Shown here piece after piece: positions 27,952 through 45,359 of a stretch of 64,000 nucleotides of DNA; positions within the stretch are counted from its first letter, which is position 1; every line of letters starts with the position of its first letter. The notes under the pieces were generated by a model. It was not told the DNA's origin, ran no database searches, and worked only from the letters and a program-made list of their open reading frames with translations. The stretch is from Octopus vulgaris (Eukaryota), in the NCBI GenBank assembly GCA_951406725.2, contig OX597836.1, positions 48,732,001-48,796,000 of the forward strand, in the 5' to 3' direction. Made by a program: the position numbers and the translations under genes.

Positions 27952-28015
<64 letters not shown>

Positions 28016-28029
28016 ACTGTATCGGTTGA

Positions 28030-28305
28030 GCAGAGTGATGTTGATATACACCGCTTGTCACAATGCGCTTTCTAGCATAGATGAATCTTATGAATGATGC
28101 CACCCTGCTGGGTCGGCGGGCCGACCAACATTCCCCAGGAACGGATAGCAGTCTGATGTAGGGTTAACCATTTACGGCCGAGTGTACTGGAGCAAGGAGA
28201 AATGAAGTGTTTTACTCAAGAACACGACCTACCACCCTGTCTGGGAATCGAAACCACGATTTGTGACCGTGAGTACCAGGTCCTAGGCTACTGAGCCACG
28301 TACAC
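28030..28305 (-). mobile_element. tRNA-derived SINE, family C
   Basis: GTGGCTCAGTAG / GTTTCGATTCC boxes and CTTGAG.AA.ACACTTCATTTC core; relatives at 30422, 32600, 49770, 56529, 56888. Confidence 0.65.
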
Positions 28306-28602
28306 TCCCCTTTCCTACCACCCTACAACATAAAGCATTCCTACTCCCTACTCATCTTTCTCACAGGTGTCTCTGTAAACACACACACGCACACGCATAT
28401 GCGCACACTCACGCACACACAACAACAACAACAACACACCCACACACACACACACACCCAGACACACAGACACAGTCTTTCACGCACACATCAAACACAT
28501 TCTCTAGCATTTTCAGGCATGGTTATATAGCACACTCCTTCCCTCCCTCGTCGCTTCCTCTCTCTCCGTCCCTCCCTTACTCATTTACTCTCCCCCCTCT
28601 CT

Positions 28603-28633
<31 letters not shown>

Positions 28634-28952
28634 TGCACTCTACATGAATAGTTTTTCGCTCCTATATATTTGCATACAGCTCACATAACAAGTACATGCT
28701 CTCTCTCTTTTCCTCTTTCGCTGTCTCTCTCCCTCCCTCTCTCTCTCTCTCCCTCTCTCTCTCTCTCTCTCACTCATGCTCTTTTCCCAACATACTTACC
28801 AGACACCGCGTGCTCTTTAATAAGCTTTCTGTTTGTTCGTCTGTCTGTCTGTCCGTCTCAGTTATAAATGCATTCAAACTCCGCAATCACTTCTTCCACA
28901 GCTACTTTATAAATACACTCGCCCACAACACACACACACAAACACACACACA

Positions 28953-28999
<47 letters not shown>

Positions 29000-29390
29000 A
29001 CTCTCACACATACACACACACTATCACACACTCATATGCACCCATACACCCACGCGCTCATGTACCCGGATAGAAGACTCGCATACTATACCCTTTCCTC
29101 ATCATTCACCCACCTCTTCTTTTTCCTTCTTCTTCTACTTTTACTTTCACTTTCCAGGTTTTCATTGTCTAATGCCCCCTCCCCCTCTTGCTCTTCCATT
29201 TTATTGCCTCTTTTCATCATTTCTATTTGTTTGTTTGTTTGTTTATTGCTTTCACCCCCTACCCTCTTCTCGAATGACTTTATAACCTTTTTTTTAACGC
29301 TCTTGCGAAACTAAATCAATTCGTTGAATATATTGATGACGTAACAAGTTTTTCGACCAATCGCAGTTCACCACATTCATACCCAACTAC

Positions 29391-29441
<51 letters not shown>

Positions 29442-29985
29442 CACACGTGCACACATACACAGTACACTCTTACACACATACATACAAACACACAAGTACA
29501 CGCACACATACACTTGCAGTATTATTACACAATTACACAAAACACAAACATACAACATGACACACTTTGACCTATACAATATTGCATGACATCACATGTA
29601 CACGTACCCTCCCCCCCCACACACACATTTATAGAAACACACACATACATACACACAAACACATGCACCCACATACACACATACAAACACATACACACAC
29701 ATACACACACACTTGTACATACACACACATATACGCACACACAAACACATACACACACAGTCATACTCACACATACACACGCACAAACACATACACACAA
29801 ACACATACACACACATACAGACATACAATATAGACTTGAAAATAGGCAAAACACTTCACTTCCACTTCACTCTCCTCATCTCCTTTCCTTACACAAATAC
29901 ACACACAAAATAAACTCGAAGATAAACAGGACATTACTCACTCCCACACATACATCCATACACAACCACTACACACACACACACA

Positions 29986-30067
<82 letters not shown>

Positions 30068-30328
30068 ACACTACAGAATCCTAAACAACCTCAACGAAAT
30101 ATACAGCGAACACATTACGTAATGTCGTCATCGATGTATTTTAAAAAGGCCGGATGATCACGGCTGGACTGTCTGTGATCTTTTAGATTACTTAGAACTA
30201 AACAACAGCATATGCAGCAAAACTTACCCAAACACACACACACACACACAAGCATACATACACACATACACATACATTCGCACACACGCACACAATATAT
30301 ATACATACATATATATATATATCTATAT

Positions 30329-30384
<56 letters not shown>

Positions 30385-30571
30385 GGAGAGAAATTGAGAT
30401 AAGTGAGTGTGCAGGTGTGTAGGTGCATGGCTTTCTGGTTAAGGTGTTGGATTCAGGATCGTAAGATTGTAGTTTCGATTCCTGGACTGGGGAGGAAGAC
30501 GTACCAGTGAATTGGCCCTGGCTTCCTTACAGAGTAATGCCAACCAACTAATCATGTATACATATGTATGT

Positions 30572-30656
<85 letters not shown>

Positions 30657-30660
30657 TCTA

Positions 30661-32413
<1,753 letters not shown>

Positions 32414-32436
32414 TCGTAAAGAAAGAGTGGGAGAGA

Positions 32437-32493
<57 letters not shown>

Positions 32494-33135
32494 CACTTTG
32501 CAACAAATTGTAGTCACAGACGATAAATACTGATCTTTGGGGTTAGTCGTTAACTAGAGCTTAACTGAAAGCTAATACCGTATCCACTCGGATAATATAT
32601 CCCTGTGATCACGTGACCGACCAGGCTATCAGATGTTGTTACACATCGCTGGTCACAATGCGCTTTTCTGCATTGTTTTAGCCATCAAATGACACCACCC
32701 AGCTGGCGTTGGCATTCACATCTGTGGTGAATTAACTTGCGATACCCAGACGACAATGATGAATTGCTTAGAAACATATGTAGCTGGAATTTGACCCGTC
32801 CCATTCCTTCAATTTGGGTAATTTATACACACGCACACGTGCACAAACACGCACATGCACACACACATACGCACATGCACACACACACATGCACACACAG
32901 ATACGCACATGCACACACATAACCATACATACACATAAACATACATACACACATAGACATACACGTGCACGCACGCACACATATACTCACACGTACTCAA
33001 ACACACAGATACACGCACACACGCATAAACATGCACACATACACGTGTACAAATACATACATGCACACACACACACACACATAAACATACGTACACACAC
33101 ACACGCACATGCACATACACACACACATAAACATA

Positions 33136-33187
<52 letters not shown>

Positions 33188-33244
33188 GTTCGGGCTAAAT
33201 TTGACAGTTTGCATAAAGGGGAAAAAGAAACAACATCCAATCCC

Positions 33245-33790
33245 TAAATAAAAGTATTTAAAAACCTGAAAAAAAAAATCAACTGGATTATGATTGGGCG
33301 GCGTCTTCCTCTATCGCCTCGAGACGGCCCTGGAACCTGGCGTGTGCGTTGTTCATTGTGTCCCTGGGAAGACCTTCGGACACATCCTTTGACCTCGGTG
33401 TTGCTGGGAGTGCGGTTGGTGTCTTTCTCAATCCGGCCCCACACATAGTTATCCACGGGATTAGAATCGAGAGAAACAGGAAGCCAGAAATTGGGGTAGA
33501 AGTCATAGAAATTCTCCGACAATCACTTCAGACTTTTTCGGAAGGCATGGCAAGGAACCGAATCCTGCTGCCACACATATGGCCTTGCAGCAGCAACCGC
33601 TTCCAGGCAGGGATTCAACGCAGTCTCCAGCAGCTTCACATAGATGTCTGAATTGAACCTAAAGCCCTGTTCAAAGGGGCTGGCTTCCTTGTAGCTGTCC
33701 ATGTCACGTCTTTCTACCTTTATAGAGTCCACAGAGCATTAAACAGCAGTTTTGACACCCGATGAGAATCCTCATGATACAGGTAACCTT
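33245..33790 (-). mobile_element. Tc1-type transposase fragment
   Basis: YVWQQDSVPCH; FWLPVSLDSNPVDNYVWG. Confidence 0.85.
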
Positions 33791-33949
33791 TTCCAGGCTT
33801 CCAATCTTCCATATCAGCTAACTTGTTCTCAATTACAACTTCAATGCTCATGCTCTCCAACGCCGTTGACTCTTCACTAATGCATCAAGCTGTTTCTGAA
33901 AAAAAAAAAGAATGAAAATCATCTAATCTAGCTCGAAACATCTCGAACT

Positions 33950-35220
33950 CTCTTTCGGGATAAGCTGTCCAACTCCTTTCACTTTACCAATCCTATTTCC
34001 AGTTCCGTCACAGCCCTACCCCACCTCTGCTTTGATGTGCAAGTGGTGGGTGGGGTAACAAGTTCCAGTAGTTTATCCTTCAGAAGACATCAGACACCTT
34101 CAAGCAACATAAAGTCCCAAAAAGTTGTTCTTTCTTTGATACATTTCTAAACCAACTTTCAAATTCTTTGATTTACACTACAAACGCAACATGGCTTCCA
34201 AGAATATCAGTGATTTCACTTTGAATAGTTTTGGATTCGTTTGCAGTACTTTTAGAAGCAGTATCCAAATAATATTTTAATTCTGGGTTTCACGGTTAAT
34301 GCGGTATTGGAAGGAATCCCCCAAATTACTGGTATCGCTATGGCCATGCTCTTTATCCTCTCGAGGTCATCTTAATGCACGATTTTGCCTTCCACACACA
34401 AAACTCTGTCTTTATTATGGTCTGCCGTTAGCATATGTTTTCTTCCTTTAGTTTCTCTTCAGAAGAATTCAAACTAAATGGCATTTTCTGTTATTTGCTT
34501 TAGCAGAACACATGATGATTTGGATGTCTGCTGTTTTATAATTTTTAATGAACTTGATTCTCTAGAATTATGACGCTTATTTGAAACAAAGTTCGTCAAA
34601 TCTTCCTGTAACCTTGTGGATATTCCGATCAATGATGGAAACAAACCCCGTACAAACAGTTGGTACCGTCTTTGCTTGAAGGACTATTCTATGTGGTTTC
34701 CATTTCCCCTGGTATAATCGGTTATTTGCTCCAATCTTCGAGATAAGAAAATTCAAAATCTGAAGGTATGAAAACGGTTTTCAACGACTCATAGTTTTCT
34801 ACGTGTTTTTCCAACGGAGAAATGCCATTACTAGAAAAGTAGAGAGAATAACTTCCCTGGTTTCAGTCGAGTTTTCCTAGTGGATATTTCATTAAATTCA
34901 TTTTCCAGTTTTCTTTTAAAAATAAAATTACATCAATTAGATATACACGGGATATCAGCACATAGCACCGAGGGAAGATTCGAGATTTGGACACAAACTA
35001 ACCCCAAAATATCTGAACATTAGCCTCCACTATTTAAGTAACTTACACTTAAGGATCTTTTCTTGCCTAAAACTTCGAAACAACTAACTAAAATGGATCT
35101 TTGTTCTATCAAATGCGGCCATTTTTCTTTTTTCATTTTAAGTTCTCCAGTTTTTGTTCAAAGTCGATTCTTTAGCGATTTAATCCCTTCCAGTTTCATT
35201 TCATATTCGCCCCATGTCAC
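33950..35220 (-). mobile_element. Possible highly decayed THAP/P-element-like transposase
   Basis: Fragments VFIPSDFE, RIVLQAKTVPTV and TRLKPG resemble THAP AVPTIF-box context; no continuous ORF. Confidence 0.25.
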
Positions 35221-35710
35221 ATTTCTCTGAAATACCTATGGACGAGGTTAAAATTAAAAAGGACAAAGTTAAAAAGATAAAAGCGACAAACGAAACCAAA
35301 ACAATCATATTTATCCCTTTTGATAGCAACCCAGCCGCGACCACCCACCCTGGTTCTACAACACAAACTTCCAGTCTTAAAAGTGAAATGAAAACCTCCC
35401 ATCAAAATTATGTTCCGGACACCAGCTGCACCACAACTCATCTGCACATGCACCTTTGACGAGTTGCAATGCACCTGAGCACCAGACACCGTAATTTCAG
35501 TATTATTTCTTTTATTTTTATAAACAATGGCAACGTTATTTGTCTAAAATCTTCATTATTTTCTCAATTAATTGAAACAAAGTCAGTGCAATTTCAGCGG
35601 AGAATCGTAAGAAAAGGACCGGGACAATTTCAAAATGGAAATAAAAATATCCACGCCAAGAGATTCTCTAAAACTGCATTTTTGCTATTTGACATTTTTT
35701 TCGTACATTA

Positions 35711-35802
<92 letters not shown>

Positions 35803-35953
35803 ATAATACGTAGGGAATAATTGCAGAAATGAAAAGAAGTAATTAACTGCTGAATAAAACTAGGCATGAATCTCTGTACTCCTTCATCATAAACTCATTA
35901 TATACATACATACATACATACATACATAATATATATATATATAAATATATATA

Positions 35954-36358
35954 GGCGCAGGCGTGGCTGTGTGGTAAGTAGCTTGTTTACCAACCACATG
36001 GTTCTGGGTTCAGTCCCACTGCGTGGTACCTTGGCCACTCTACTATAGCCTCGGGCCGACCAAAGCCTTGTGAGTGGATTTGTTAGACGGAAACTGAAAG
36101 AAGCCCGTCGTATATATGTATATATATATATATATATGCGTGTGTGTGTTTGTGTGTCTGTGTTTGTCCCCCTAGCATTGCTTGACAACCGATGCTGGTG
36201 TGTTTATGTCCCCGTTACTTAGCGGTTCGGCAAAGAGGCCGATAGAATAAGTACTGGGCTTACAAAATATTAAGTCCCGGGGTTGAGTTGCTCGATTAAA
36301 GGCGGTGCTCCAGCATGGCCGCAGTCAAATGACTGAAACAAGTAAAAGAGAGTAAAAG
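35954..36358 (+). mobile_element. SINE family B
   Basis: Full-length copy. Confidence 0.9.
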
Positions 36359-36363
36359 ATATA

Positions 36364-36408
<45 letters not shown>

Positions 36409-36900
36409 AAAGTAAAAAAATATACAAACTGGGATAAGAACGATCTTCGCAATATATATGCAGGAGCCTCAAAAACATACATGGTACAAGACTTCTAATG
36501 AAGGTACAAGAGTTCAAGGCTCAAACTCTCCATACATCCTTCGTATATAATATATATATATATATATATATAAATGTATGTATGCTCACGTGTATAAATA
36601 TAATATATATGGAAGTATACAGGTATATAAATGCAAACAGCGAAGATGAACTCAAAATATGATAATTATGTATATATTTATCAACATTTAGCAGAAGTAA
36701 TGGAGTGACTCACGGTCCGCCAACGCGCGAAACTCTCGAACCGTGAGTGTACATATATATGTATGAGTATGTATGTATGTATGTATGTATGTATGTATGT
36801 ATGTATGTATGTATGTATGTATGTATGTATGTATGTATGTATGTATGTATGTATGTATATATATATATGTGTGTGTGTGTGCATACATACATACACATAC

Positions 36901-36932
<32 letters not shown>

Positions 36933-36968
36933 ATACATATGCGCACATATATGTATGTATTTATATAA

Positions 36969-37244
<276 letters not shown>

Positions 37245-37398
37245 TTTTACTGAATTTATATATATATATATACATTAATAAAAATAAGGAGTGCATAGAT
37301 TTTTCACATCCATAATTGTTTTAAACAGTTATTTACAGCAACCTTTTCTAAATCTACGCGCGTTCCAGCTGCATCCAACCATTATGTATTTGTGTGCG

Positions 37399-37459
<61 letters not shown>

Positions 37460-38145
37460 GTATATGTATATAAATACACACACACATATAGATATATACG
37501 CATGTATATATACGTGTATATATCTATATAAACACACACATACATACAGCTTTTTTATATGTTAAGAAATATATAAAAACTCTATTTTAACAGTATTTGA
37601 TTTTCTTTTTTTTTTTTTTTGAAGACATGTTAAAAAAGGCGATATCATTCTTCAACTGCACGAACAATATATATTCATAAGGGTTACTTTTAAAATTAAA
37701 TTTACATGTTTGCATAAAAAACAATTTCATCTCAAGCAAAAACACTTGGAAAAAACCCACAAAATCTTTCTCGACCCACCGTCACTATTCTATACATTTT
37801 TTTTACATCAGTTTCTGCATATCCTAAAAGTTGCATTTTTCTTGTTTCTTTTTTTTTTTTCTTTCTTAGTATAAAAAGGTTTTTATCACAAAAGGAATCT
37901 TAGAAAACTATGACTAAAGCTATTCCAGAAATGATAGAAATTCTTCGCATTATGAAAGTTAGGGCTTGATCTAAGGAGGCTATCGCTTTAAACTTACGAA
38001 ATATAAAATAAATAAGTTTCTTGTATCATTGACGTTGAAGAATATGAGAAAAAGGAAATTTTATATCGTTTTCAAACGTAATTATTTTTGCAACGAAATT
38101 TGGAGAGAAAAAGTGTATTTTCTCTCCTGCTTGTACCATTAAACC

Positions 38146-38177
<32 letters not shown>

Positions 38178-38667
38178 TGTATGTATGTATGTATGTATGT
38201 ATGTATGTATGTATGTATGTGTGTATGTATGTATGTATGTATGTATGGATGGATGGATGGATGGATATATATGTGTGTATACATCTATATATATATATAT
38301 ATATACATATGTATATATATAGATCTAAATATACATATGTATATATGTATACATATATATATACAGAAGCACACACAAATACACATGTATATATTTACAT
38401 ATAAATACACATGTACATGAATACATATATACACGCATTCATACTTACATACATGTTTTGGCTGCTTCTTCTAGCGTGTAAAATTACCTGTTGCAAGTAG
38501 TTTCTCTTGTGTTTAAATGTACACTATTTTATATTGAGAATATGTTGTCTATTGGCTTTTTATACATTCTAGGCCACTCGTGGTGAAATTTCTAAAAATA
38601 TTCGCTACCCTGTATATCTTTTATACACATACACATATATTTCTGTGTATATGTTACGAAATATATA

Positions 38668-38761
<94 letters not shown>

Positions 38762-38858
38762 ATGTATATATATATATAGATGTATACATATATATGTACA
38801 CACAAGTTCACAACAATATATATGCACACACGCACATACATACATACATACATACACA

Positions 38859-38899
<41 letters not shown>

Positions 38900-38902
38900 A
38901 TG

Positions 38903-38953
<51 letters not shown>

Positions 38954-39255
38954 GTGTATATACATATTTGTATATTTGTACAAATGTTTGAAGGTGACAC
39001 CCCATCATGGTGACAGTCCAAATGGCTTCAAATTTAAGGTAATAAGATTACTAACCATAGGATAATGAGTTTAAGACTTCGTATTGAACTTCCACTCTTT
39101 ACAATGACACTCTATGTACATCTCAGTCTACTTGACTTCCAGCAATTAACAATTGTAATTTGAAGTTGAATGGTTAGCAGTAAGAAAGATGTCCAGGTTT
39201 CTTTTAAAAAATATTGTGCAAAATAGTCTGAGAAAAAGTATTTTTTCACAACAAC

Positions 39256-39324
<69 letters not shown>

Positions 39325-39939
39325 AGGTGTGCCTGTGGTAACTTGAGCTACTACAAATAGCAGCCAAATCTCTCTTAAAACACTCCCTTTCACATCAAAA
39401 GAAAGACACAAATTTACTGTATTCCAGGCAGCAAAACAACTATACGATGGGTCTGCTACATCAGAGGCAACTCTGGATTAAACAAAACAGAGACAAACCT
39501 ACTTCACATTAAAAATATTAAATAATACTAATAAAGTTGATGGTATATCTTCGAAGTTTCATTCCCTGGTAAACGTCCATGTATTTTAAACAATTTTTCA
39601 TCATGCTCTAAGACAATAAAAACTGTTCTGGCAGAATTGTGTCCCTTAACTAAAGACCTCAAAATTGTGCGAACCGACCTCGTTTTTGAGGTTATTTTTG
39701 TAGTAAAAAAGAGTTGTTGTGCAAAAATCAGTTTATTTGATAGCCGAATAATTACTGAATCTTTTGATACCTCATATGTTAAAATCGGCAACTCAGTCCG
39801 ATAAAATAAATTCTAAGCTTGAGATAAGTCCCTGGAGTTGATTTGTTCGACTAAAACCCTCCAAGGTGGTGCTCCAGTATGGCCGCAGTCAAATGATTAA
39901 AGTAAGTAAAAGAATAAAAGAATATATATATGTGTGTGT

Positions 39940-40090
39940 GCGTGTGTGGTAAGAAACCTGGTTCCCAACCACATGTTTCCAGGTTCAGCCCCACTGCGTG
40001 GCATCTTGGGCAAGTGTCTTCTACTATACCCTCGAGCCAACCAAAGCCTTGTGAGTGGATTTGGTAGATGGAAACTGAGAGAAGCCCGTC

Positions 40091-40144
<54 letters not shown>

Positions 40145-40310
40145 ATGTATGTGTGTGTGTGTGTGTGTTTGTCCCCCCTACCATCACTTGACAACCGATG
40201 TTTGTGTGTTTACGTCCACGTAAACTAGCGGTTCGACAAAAGAGACCGTTAGAATAAATACTAGGCTTACAAAAGAAAAAGTTCTGGGGTCGATTTGTTC
40301 CACTAAAGGC
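39940..40310 (+). mobile_element. SINE family B, 3'-truncated
   Basis: Head, core and body present. Confidence 0.85.
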
Positions 40311-40552
40311 GAGGAAAATAAAATCGCCAACGGTACTCTCGAGGTCACATTATATATATATGTATATATGTGCACTATGGATTAGGTCACCTTCTCTGTG
40401 ATGCTGTTAAAACTTTTTTTAAAATTCTGTGATAAGACTGTACATCATCTTTAAAGAACTTTAATGAACTTTGGAAATCTGTTTATGTTACTTAATTATC
40501 TACTTCATGAGTATAGCCCCAACCAATAGGATGTCTAGAGAACTCACATGTA

Positions 40553-40643
40553 TTTTAGCTGATGAGTACAGGACACGTTTATATGCTGTAATTTTTGCAA
40601 CTTTTAATAAAGCCTGTCCTTGTATGAAACGATTGTACTAAAA
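40553..40643 (+). ncRNA. Type I hammerhead ribozyme motif, intact core
   Basis: Stem I TTTTAG/CTAAAA; CTGATGA 40559-40565; stem II GTACAGGACA/TGTCCTTGTAT; GAAAC-GATT-GTA; predicted cleavage after A40637. Confidence 0.8.
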
Positions 40644-40793
40644 ACCTATCCATTCTTGTTGCTTCTTTCTCGCTTATAATCACCCCACATTACTGTATTG
40701 TTAAAACAGTATAGTTTTTTTTTGGTGCATCTAAGTTAGGTACCATATTCAAGTAAATTCATTTAAATTAACTTGAATCTTTATTGCTTTTTT

Positions 40794-40968
<175 letters not shown>

Positions 40969-40984
40969 TATGTATACGCGTATG

Positions 40985-41812
40985 TGTGTCGGTGAATTAA
41001 TTGTGGTCTAAATAACACTGACATTTCATTTTAACATATTTATTTACCAAAATCACATATAAATATTTTGAAATACTAAAGAATAAATTTATTCAATAAA
41101 ATCTCCATTGGCTTCAACCACGATCTCCAGACGACTTCGGAATCTCCTGCAACTCTTCTGGACGGTTTCCATGTTTAAGTTGGTCAATGCTGCCATAATC
41201 CTTGCCTTCAGTTCAACTTTGGTGTTAGAAGGAGTTTTGTTGGTCTCTTGGCTCAACTGCACCCCACACATAATAATTAAGGGGGTTGCAGTTAGGCGTG
41301 GTGTGTCAGAAATTGTTCGAGAGCAATGACTGGTTTCTCCCGTTTGTGTGGGATGGTGCAAAGTCCTGTTGCCAGACATAGGGTGTTCCAGCAGACACCC
41401 TCTTCACCCAGAGCAGAACTACCTCCTCCAGGTACTTGATGTAGGCCTTCGTATTGAGTCTGAGGCCGTGTGGGAAGATAAATGGAGGCGAAACGTCGCC
41501 ATCACTAGTGATTACTTGGAACACCATGATGTCGACTGGATGCTTGATTTTTATCACTTTCGGTACACGTCCTCAGATTGACACCCAAACACTCTGAAAG
41601 GTTAGTATTGGAGCTTCCGGCGCAAATGGCAAGTTGCACAGCATGTCGTTTCCAAATTTCTGGCAGAATGAATTGCTTCATGGTGCCATTTATCTCAAAG
41701 ACAGTGCCCAACTGACCCTACAATACTGTGTAGTTGACAAAATCGAAAACAAACAATGCGCATGCACGAAATTAAAATTATAAAATGGCGACAGTTTACC
41801 CATCGCACCTAT
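40985..41812 (-). mobile_element. Tc1-type transposon, internally deleted
   Basis: KHPVDIMVF..SDGDVSPPFIF..YVWQQDFAPSH; CRRFRSRLEIVVEANGDFIE; degenerate TIRs. Confidence 0.85.
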
Positions 41813-41824
41813 ATATATGTGTGC

Positions 41825-41881
<57 letters not shown>

Positions 41882-42344
41882 AGGAGTTTTCAGTTCTTCG
41901 TGTTTTTTTCTGTAGCGAGTGGTGCTCCAGCATGGCCTCAGCCAAATGACTGAAACAAGTAAAAGTGTGTGTGTGTTTACATACACAATATGCTAATAAT
42001 CATAAATATGTAATTTATATGTAATCACGCTATAACACACACACACACACACACATTATTGCATTATTGCATGCAATCAATTCATTCACGTGAACGTGTC
42101 AGTAATGACACCGACAGACAGACAGACAGACAGTCAGCCAGAGAGTTAGAAAAGGGAAAGGGAAGGAGATAGACAAGAGTGAGGTGTTGCAATAAGGCGG
42201 TGGCGGTGGCGGGGATCGATAGAATATTATTAGGAAGGATGAAACAGAGAAGACTGATGTAACACCACCACCGGCTGGCTGGCCTGGCTGGCTGGCCTGG
42301 CTGGCTGGCCTGGCTGGCTGGCCGGTGGGTCAGATGGTTAGATG

Positions 42345-42945
<601 letters not shown>

Positions 42946-43060
42946 CTTTCACCTTACACACGCACACACACACACATACACACATTTGAGCTCGAACACG
43001 CACTGACGTGTATATATACACAGAAAGTCACTTAAACGTACACGTACATACATACATATG

Positions 43061-43130
<70 letters not shown>

Positions 43131-43656
43131 ATACATACATACATACATACACATATACATATATGCTTGTGTGTGTGTGTCTGCGTGTTTTTCGTGCGTG
43201 CGCTATTGTATGTGTATGTGTTTGTGTGTATGGGGGGGGGCAATATCGATAACGAGTTATATAAATATATCGAATTATTAATGGATGAATGGAGGTAAAT
43301 TTATTGCTAAATATTAATAATTAGTCAGCTGTAAGGTAGGGGGCAGCACTGGCGCTCTTCCCCCGTGCTTCCCCCCCTTCCTATCCTTCTTTCCTTCTCT
43401 TCACTCTCTCCTATTGTTGCATGTTAACACTCTCGCCTTTCTCTCTCCCCCTTGTCATCCCTCATCCCCCATCTCTTTCTCTCTCTCTCTCTCTCTCTCT
43501 CCTCCTCTCTCATCATCTCATCATCTTTACAATATGGTGAATATCTTGTCAGCAACAAACGTATCACGTTTCCACCCCCATCCCCTCTCACACATACACA
43601 CCACCACGACCACCACCCTGACCACGACGACGACGACGACCACCACCGCCGCCACC

Positions 43657-43688
<32 letters not shown>

Positions 43689-43879
43689 CAGCATCTAAAC
43701 CAACAAAGTCCTGACCTTTACCACCAAAAGGAGAAACGAGTTCAGAGGGGTGATGGAGGTGGAGGCTGTGGGTGGTCATTTCACTCGTTAGAAATAGCAG
43801 CCAAATCTTCCTCAAACTTCGCCGTTTACTTATTTCAGTCATTATACTGCGGCCAAGCTGCAGCACTGCAAGGAAGAAC

Positions 43880-45105
43880 CTTTAATTTAAAGTCTTACAG
43901 CTGTTTCTGGGCTATCCCAGAGTATGGGACATTCTGTCATCGGAGACAAATGGGGGAAATGAGAAAGGACTAGATTAATGGAATGACGACGTAGAGGAAA
44001 GGAGTAAAGAAATAAGGAGATGAAGAGAGAAGAAGAAAGAGAAGAAAAAAGAAGTTCACAGTTCTACTTTTCGATGTTGTAGAAGTCCTTTGGTGCAACT
44101 CTCTGTAAATCCAGGTGGGTTAAAGTCCTGATATTGTAAACATCCAGAAAAAAGATGCGAACGTATCCATGTTCAATAAGAGAATGGTAGCAGGGGTGGG
44201 TATTCAGTGGTAAAAGGAAAGAAAAGGAAATGACTGGAAAGAGAGGTGGTTAGAGTGAGGGGGAGAGGGGTTTAAGGACTGGCTTTAAGGATAAAGTAAA
44301 GTGTGTAAGCATATAGTGTCTAAGAATATTGTGTAAAGGGCTGGCCGAGAAGATGAGAGTGAAGGTGAGTAGGTTGAGAAAGATAACGTCAAAAAAATAA
44401 ACAAAATGAAAAGAATTTAAAGAGGGCAGAAGGTGCCCAGTGGTATTCTTGTAATCTACAGGGGCTGGGGAGGTAAACGCTTGTGTCCGTTCTGGCTAAG
44501 GTCAGTGGCTGTAGAGTTATTTTTAGCAATGGGGTTATGGGTGTGTAGGTTGTCGAGAATGGAGGAGCTAGTTGAATGTTGAATTATTTATGAGTGGGAG
44601 TTAGAATTAGATATTAGGGGATTTATTGGGTTAAGGTTTAAAAATAAATTAAATAATATTTATCTTACAAGGTGATGAGGTAAGGTAGGTGGAAGAGATA
44701 TAGAAGGGTAGGTGTTAATGATCATGGAGCTTTGTATGTGAGTGTTATTTAGATTTAGATTTATGAAAGAATTTGAAAGTGCAGAAGAATTTGTGCTTAC
44801 ACGTAGTGAAGGCTTCGTTGTGTTTATTAAGCAATTGTAGTGAGTTGTGGGTTAAAATTTTGAGGGTTTCTTTTAAGCAGAGTCCACAAATGGAGTGTTG
44901 ACCCTGATACGGGATATCAGAGTCTATTATAGCCCAGCAAAGTCTATATTGTATTTTTCTATTAATTAGATGGTGTACATGGCTGGCTAGTGATGTGGAA
45001 TGGCTATTCTTTTTATATTTAAATTAGTTTAAATGTGCATAATATCTTTGTTTAAAATGTGTGGTAGATCCAGTGTAGTAGCTATAGAAATTATTTACTA
45101 TGTTG
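43880..45105 (-). mobile_element. Penelope-like element 3' part: GIY-YIG remnant, long 3' UTR, hammerhead
   Basis: 44750-45101 translates as YYTGSTTHFKQRYYAH..STSLASHV..WAII..CGLCLKE..LLNKHNE..CKH (one stop); hammerhead motif at 43892-43947. Confidence 0.85.
43892..43947 (-). ncRNA. Type I hammerhead motif with one core substitution
   Basis: GTCT-CCGATGA-[TGTCCCA/TGGGATA hairpin]-GAAACAGCTGTA-AGAC; palindromic stem III ACAGCTGT. Confidence 0.7.
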
Positions 45106-45126
45106 TGCAATGGTTTCATAACTACC

Positions 45127-45359
45127 TATTTCTTTACTACCCACAAGGGGCTAAACACAGAGGGGACAAACAAGGACGGACATAGGTATTAAGTCGATTA
45201 TATCGACCCCAGTGCGTAACTGGTACTTATTTAATCAACCCCGAAAGGATGAAAGGCAAAGTCGACCTTGGCGGAATTTGAACTCAGAACGTAGCGGCAG
45301 ACGAAATACGGCTACACATTTCGCCCGGCGTGCTAACGCTTCTGCCAGCTCGCCGCCTT
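45127..45359 (-). mobile_element. SINE family A with 17-bp TSD
   Basis: ATGGTTTCATAACTACC at 45110-45126 and 45368-45384. Confidence 0.9.
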
